A stretch of DNA of 62,909 nucleotides, the filler included, from Basidiobolus ranarum (Eukaryota), in NCBI GenBank assembly GCA_040143965.1. It is 49 parts of 49 records of this genome, joined end to end, with 100 filler letters (N's around TTAATTAATTAA, not from the genome) between each part and the next. Parts side by side here need not be neighbours in the genome. Positions count along the whole stretch, not along the records: positions 61,729 to 62,909 come from JASJQH010006112.1; 48 more parts are not named here. One strand, 5' to 3'. Below, piece after piece: positions 62,169 through 62,909 of this stretch. Made by a program: the position numbers and the translations under genes. The number at the start of each line of letters is the position of its first letter. The stretch's first letter is position 1. The notes beneath the pieces were generated by a model. The model did no database searches. It had not been told where the DNA came from and worked only from the letters and a program-made list of their open reading frames with translations.

Positions 62169-62786
62169 TCATAGCTTAGATCCCTGCAATGTGTGAAGAC
62201 GGCTTTGGGCTATGGCAATGATATACTCCAGAGAAATACGCATCTCTTGATCACGTTGACCATGAGCCAAGCGCTCCTCCATGATAGGAACTATTTCTGC
62301 GCGAGTACGGCCATCAACAAAGAGCACAAAGCGAAATCCATGTTTTTGCTCATATGCTTTGTTCAGCTCTCCTAAGCGTCGTCAAGTCATGATGAGGGTA
62401 TGTTGCTCAATGGGTACTTGACTGCTCAGATCACCACGGGTTTGTTCATCTTTTGACGTATAGGGTAGCGTAGTTACTGGTGTGCCTAGACAAGGAGCTG
62501 CATCGATCACTTGTAACATTTCATGTACTGTCAGTGGCAACCCACCATTCACTTTGCTAGATGGAGCGAAAGTTTCTTGATGACTAATCTTTCCATCGCC
62601 GATAGGAAAGGTAATATACTCTGCTGTAGATATGAGGACTTTGCATGAAGAATAAGGCCGAAGAATCCACAAGCGCTCTGCCAGTGGCGGGCAGTCTCCG
62701 AACAATATGTCGATTGGCACAAGGAACTGCCCATAAGTTATATTGCTTAGTTCGCTTATCTATGGTAGTGTGAGTGTACTCGATAT
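62169..62786 (-). pseudogene. uraD: OHCU decarboxylase pseudogene
   Basis: One frame: LP*ISEL..ILFGDCPPLA..RPYSS..IDAAPCLG..SKDEQ..*..LNKAYEQKHGFRFVLFVDGRTRAEIVPIMEERL..IAQSRL; stops at 62760-62762 and 62382-62384; ATA at the expected start. Confidence 0.8.
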
Positions 62787-62909
62787 GATAGCCAATCTTA
62801 AGATACGGATATCGCAGGTTAATAATAAGCCTTAGGCTTACATAAGGCAGTTTTAAACCAAGATTCACATGCGAGTTCAGTGTCAAATACAAAGAAAAAT
62901 AGGGGAAGA

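Noticed and set aside
62382-62384. In-frame TGA as selenocysteine or readthrough
   Set aside because: The same frame also has a TAG, a lost ATG and a lost catalytic His; pseudogenisation is simpler.
31771-62786. Allantoate permease plus OHCU decarboxylase as a purine-catabolism cluster
   Set aside because: Different contigs placed together only by length sorting; no linkage evidence.

Overview
This is not one locus. It is 49 unrelated short contigs (1191 down to 1181 bp, sorted by decreasing length) joined by 48 artificial 100-nt linkers (N44-TTAATTAATTAA-N44), so nothing can be inferred across linkers. The DNA is AT-rich and eukaryotic, probably from an early-diverging fungus (inferred from GT-AG introns, gene families and transposon types). 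Most contigs are CpG-depleted, decayed and nested transposons: several Ty1/copia families, Ty3/gypsy families, a CACTA/EnSpm-like family with a divergent accessory ORF, and a PIF/Harbinger-type transposase with a matching MITE. Host-gene fragments include an ABCG/PDR transporter start, tandem sugar porters, a kanadaptin 3' end with a 19-nt micro-exon, an MFS permease end, a lactate/malate dehydrogenase end, four CsbD-like genes (two in a head-to-head inverted duplication) and an OHCU decarboxylase pseudogene. Best leads: a 73-nt tRNA cloverleaf apparently inside a copia 5' LTR (18559-18631), half-tRNA-iMet primer sites in the copia families, an 11-nt Tf1-type self-priming signature in a gypsy family, and the CsbD palindrome. 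All alignments and counts were done by eye; no database searches were run.
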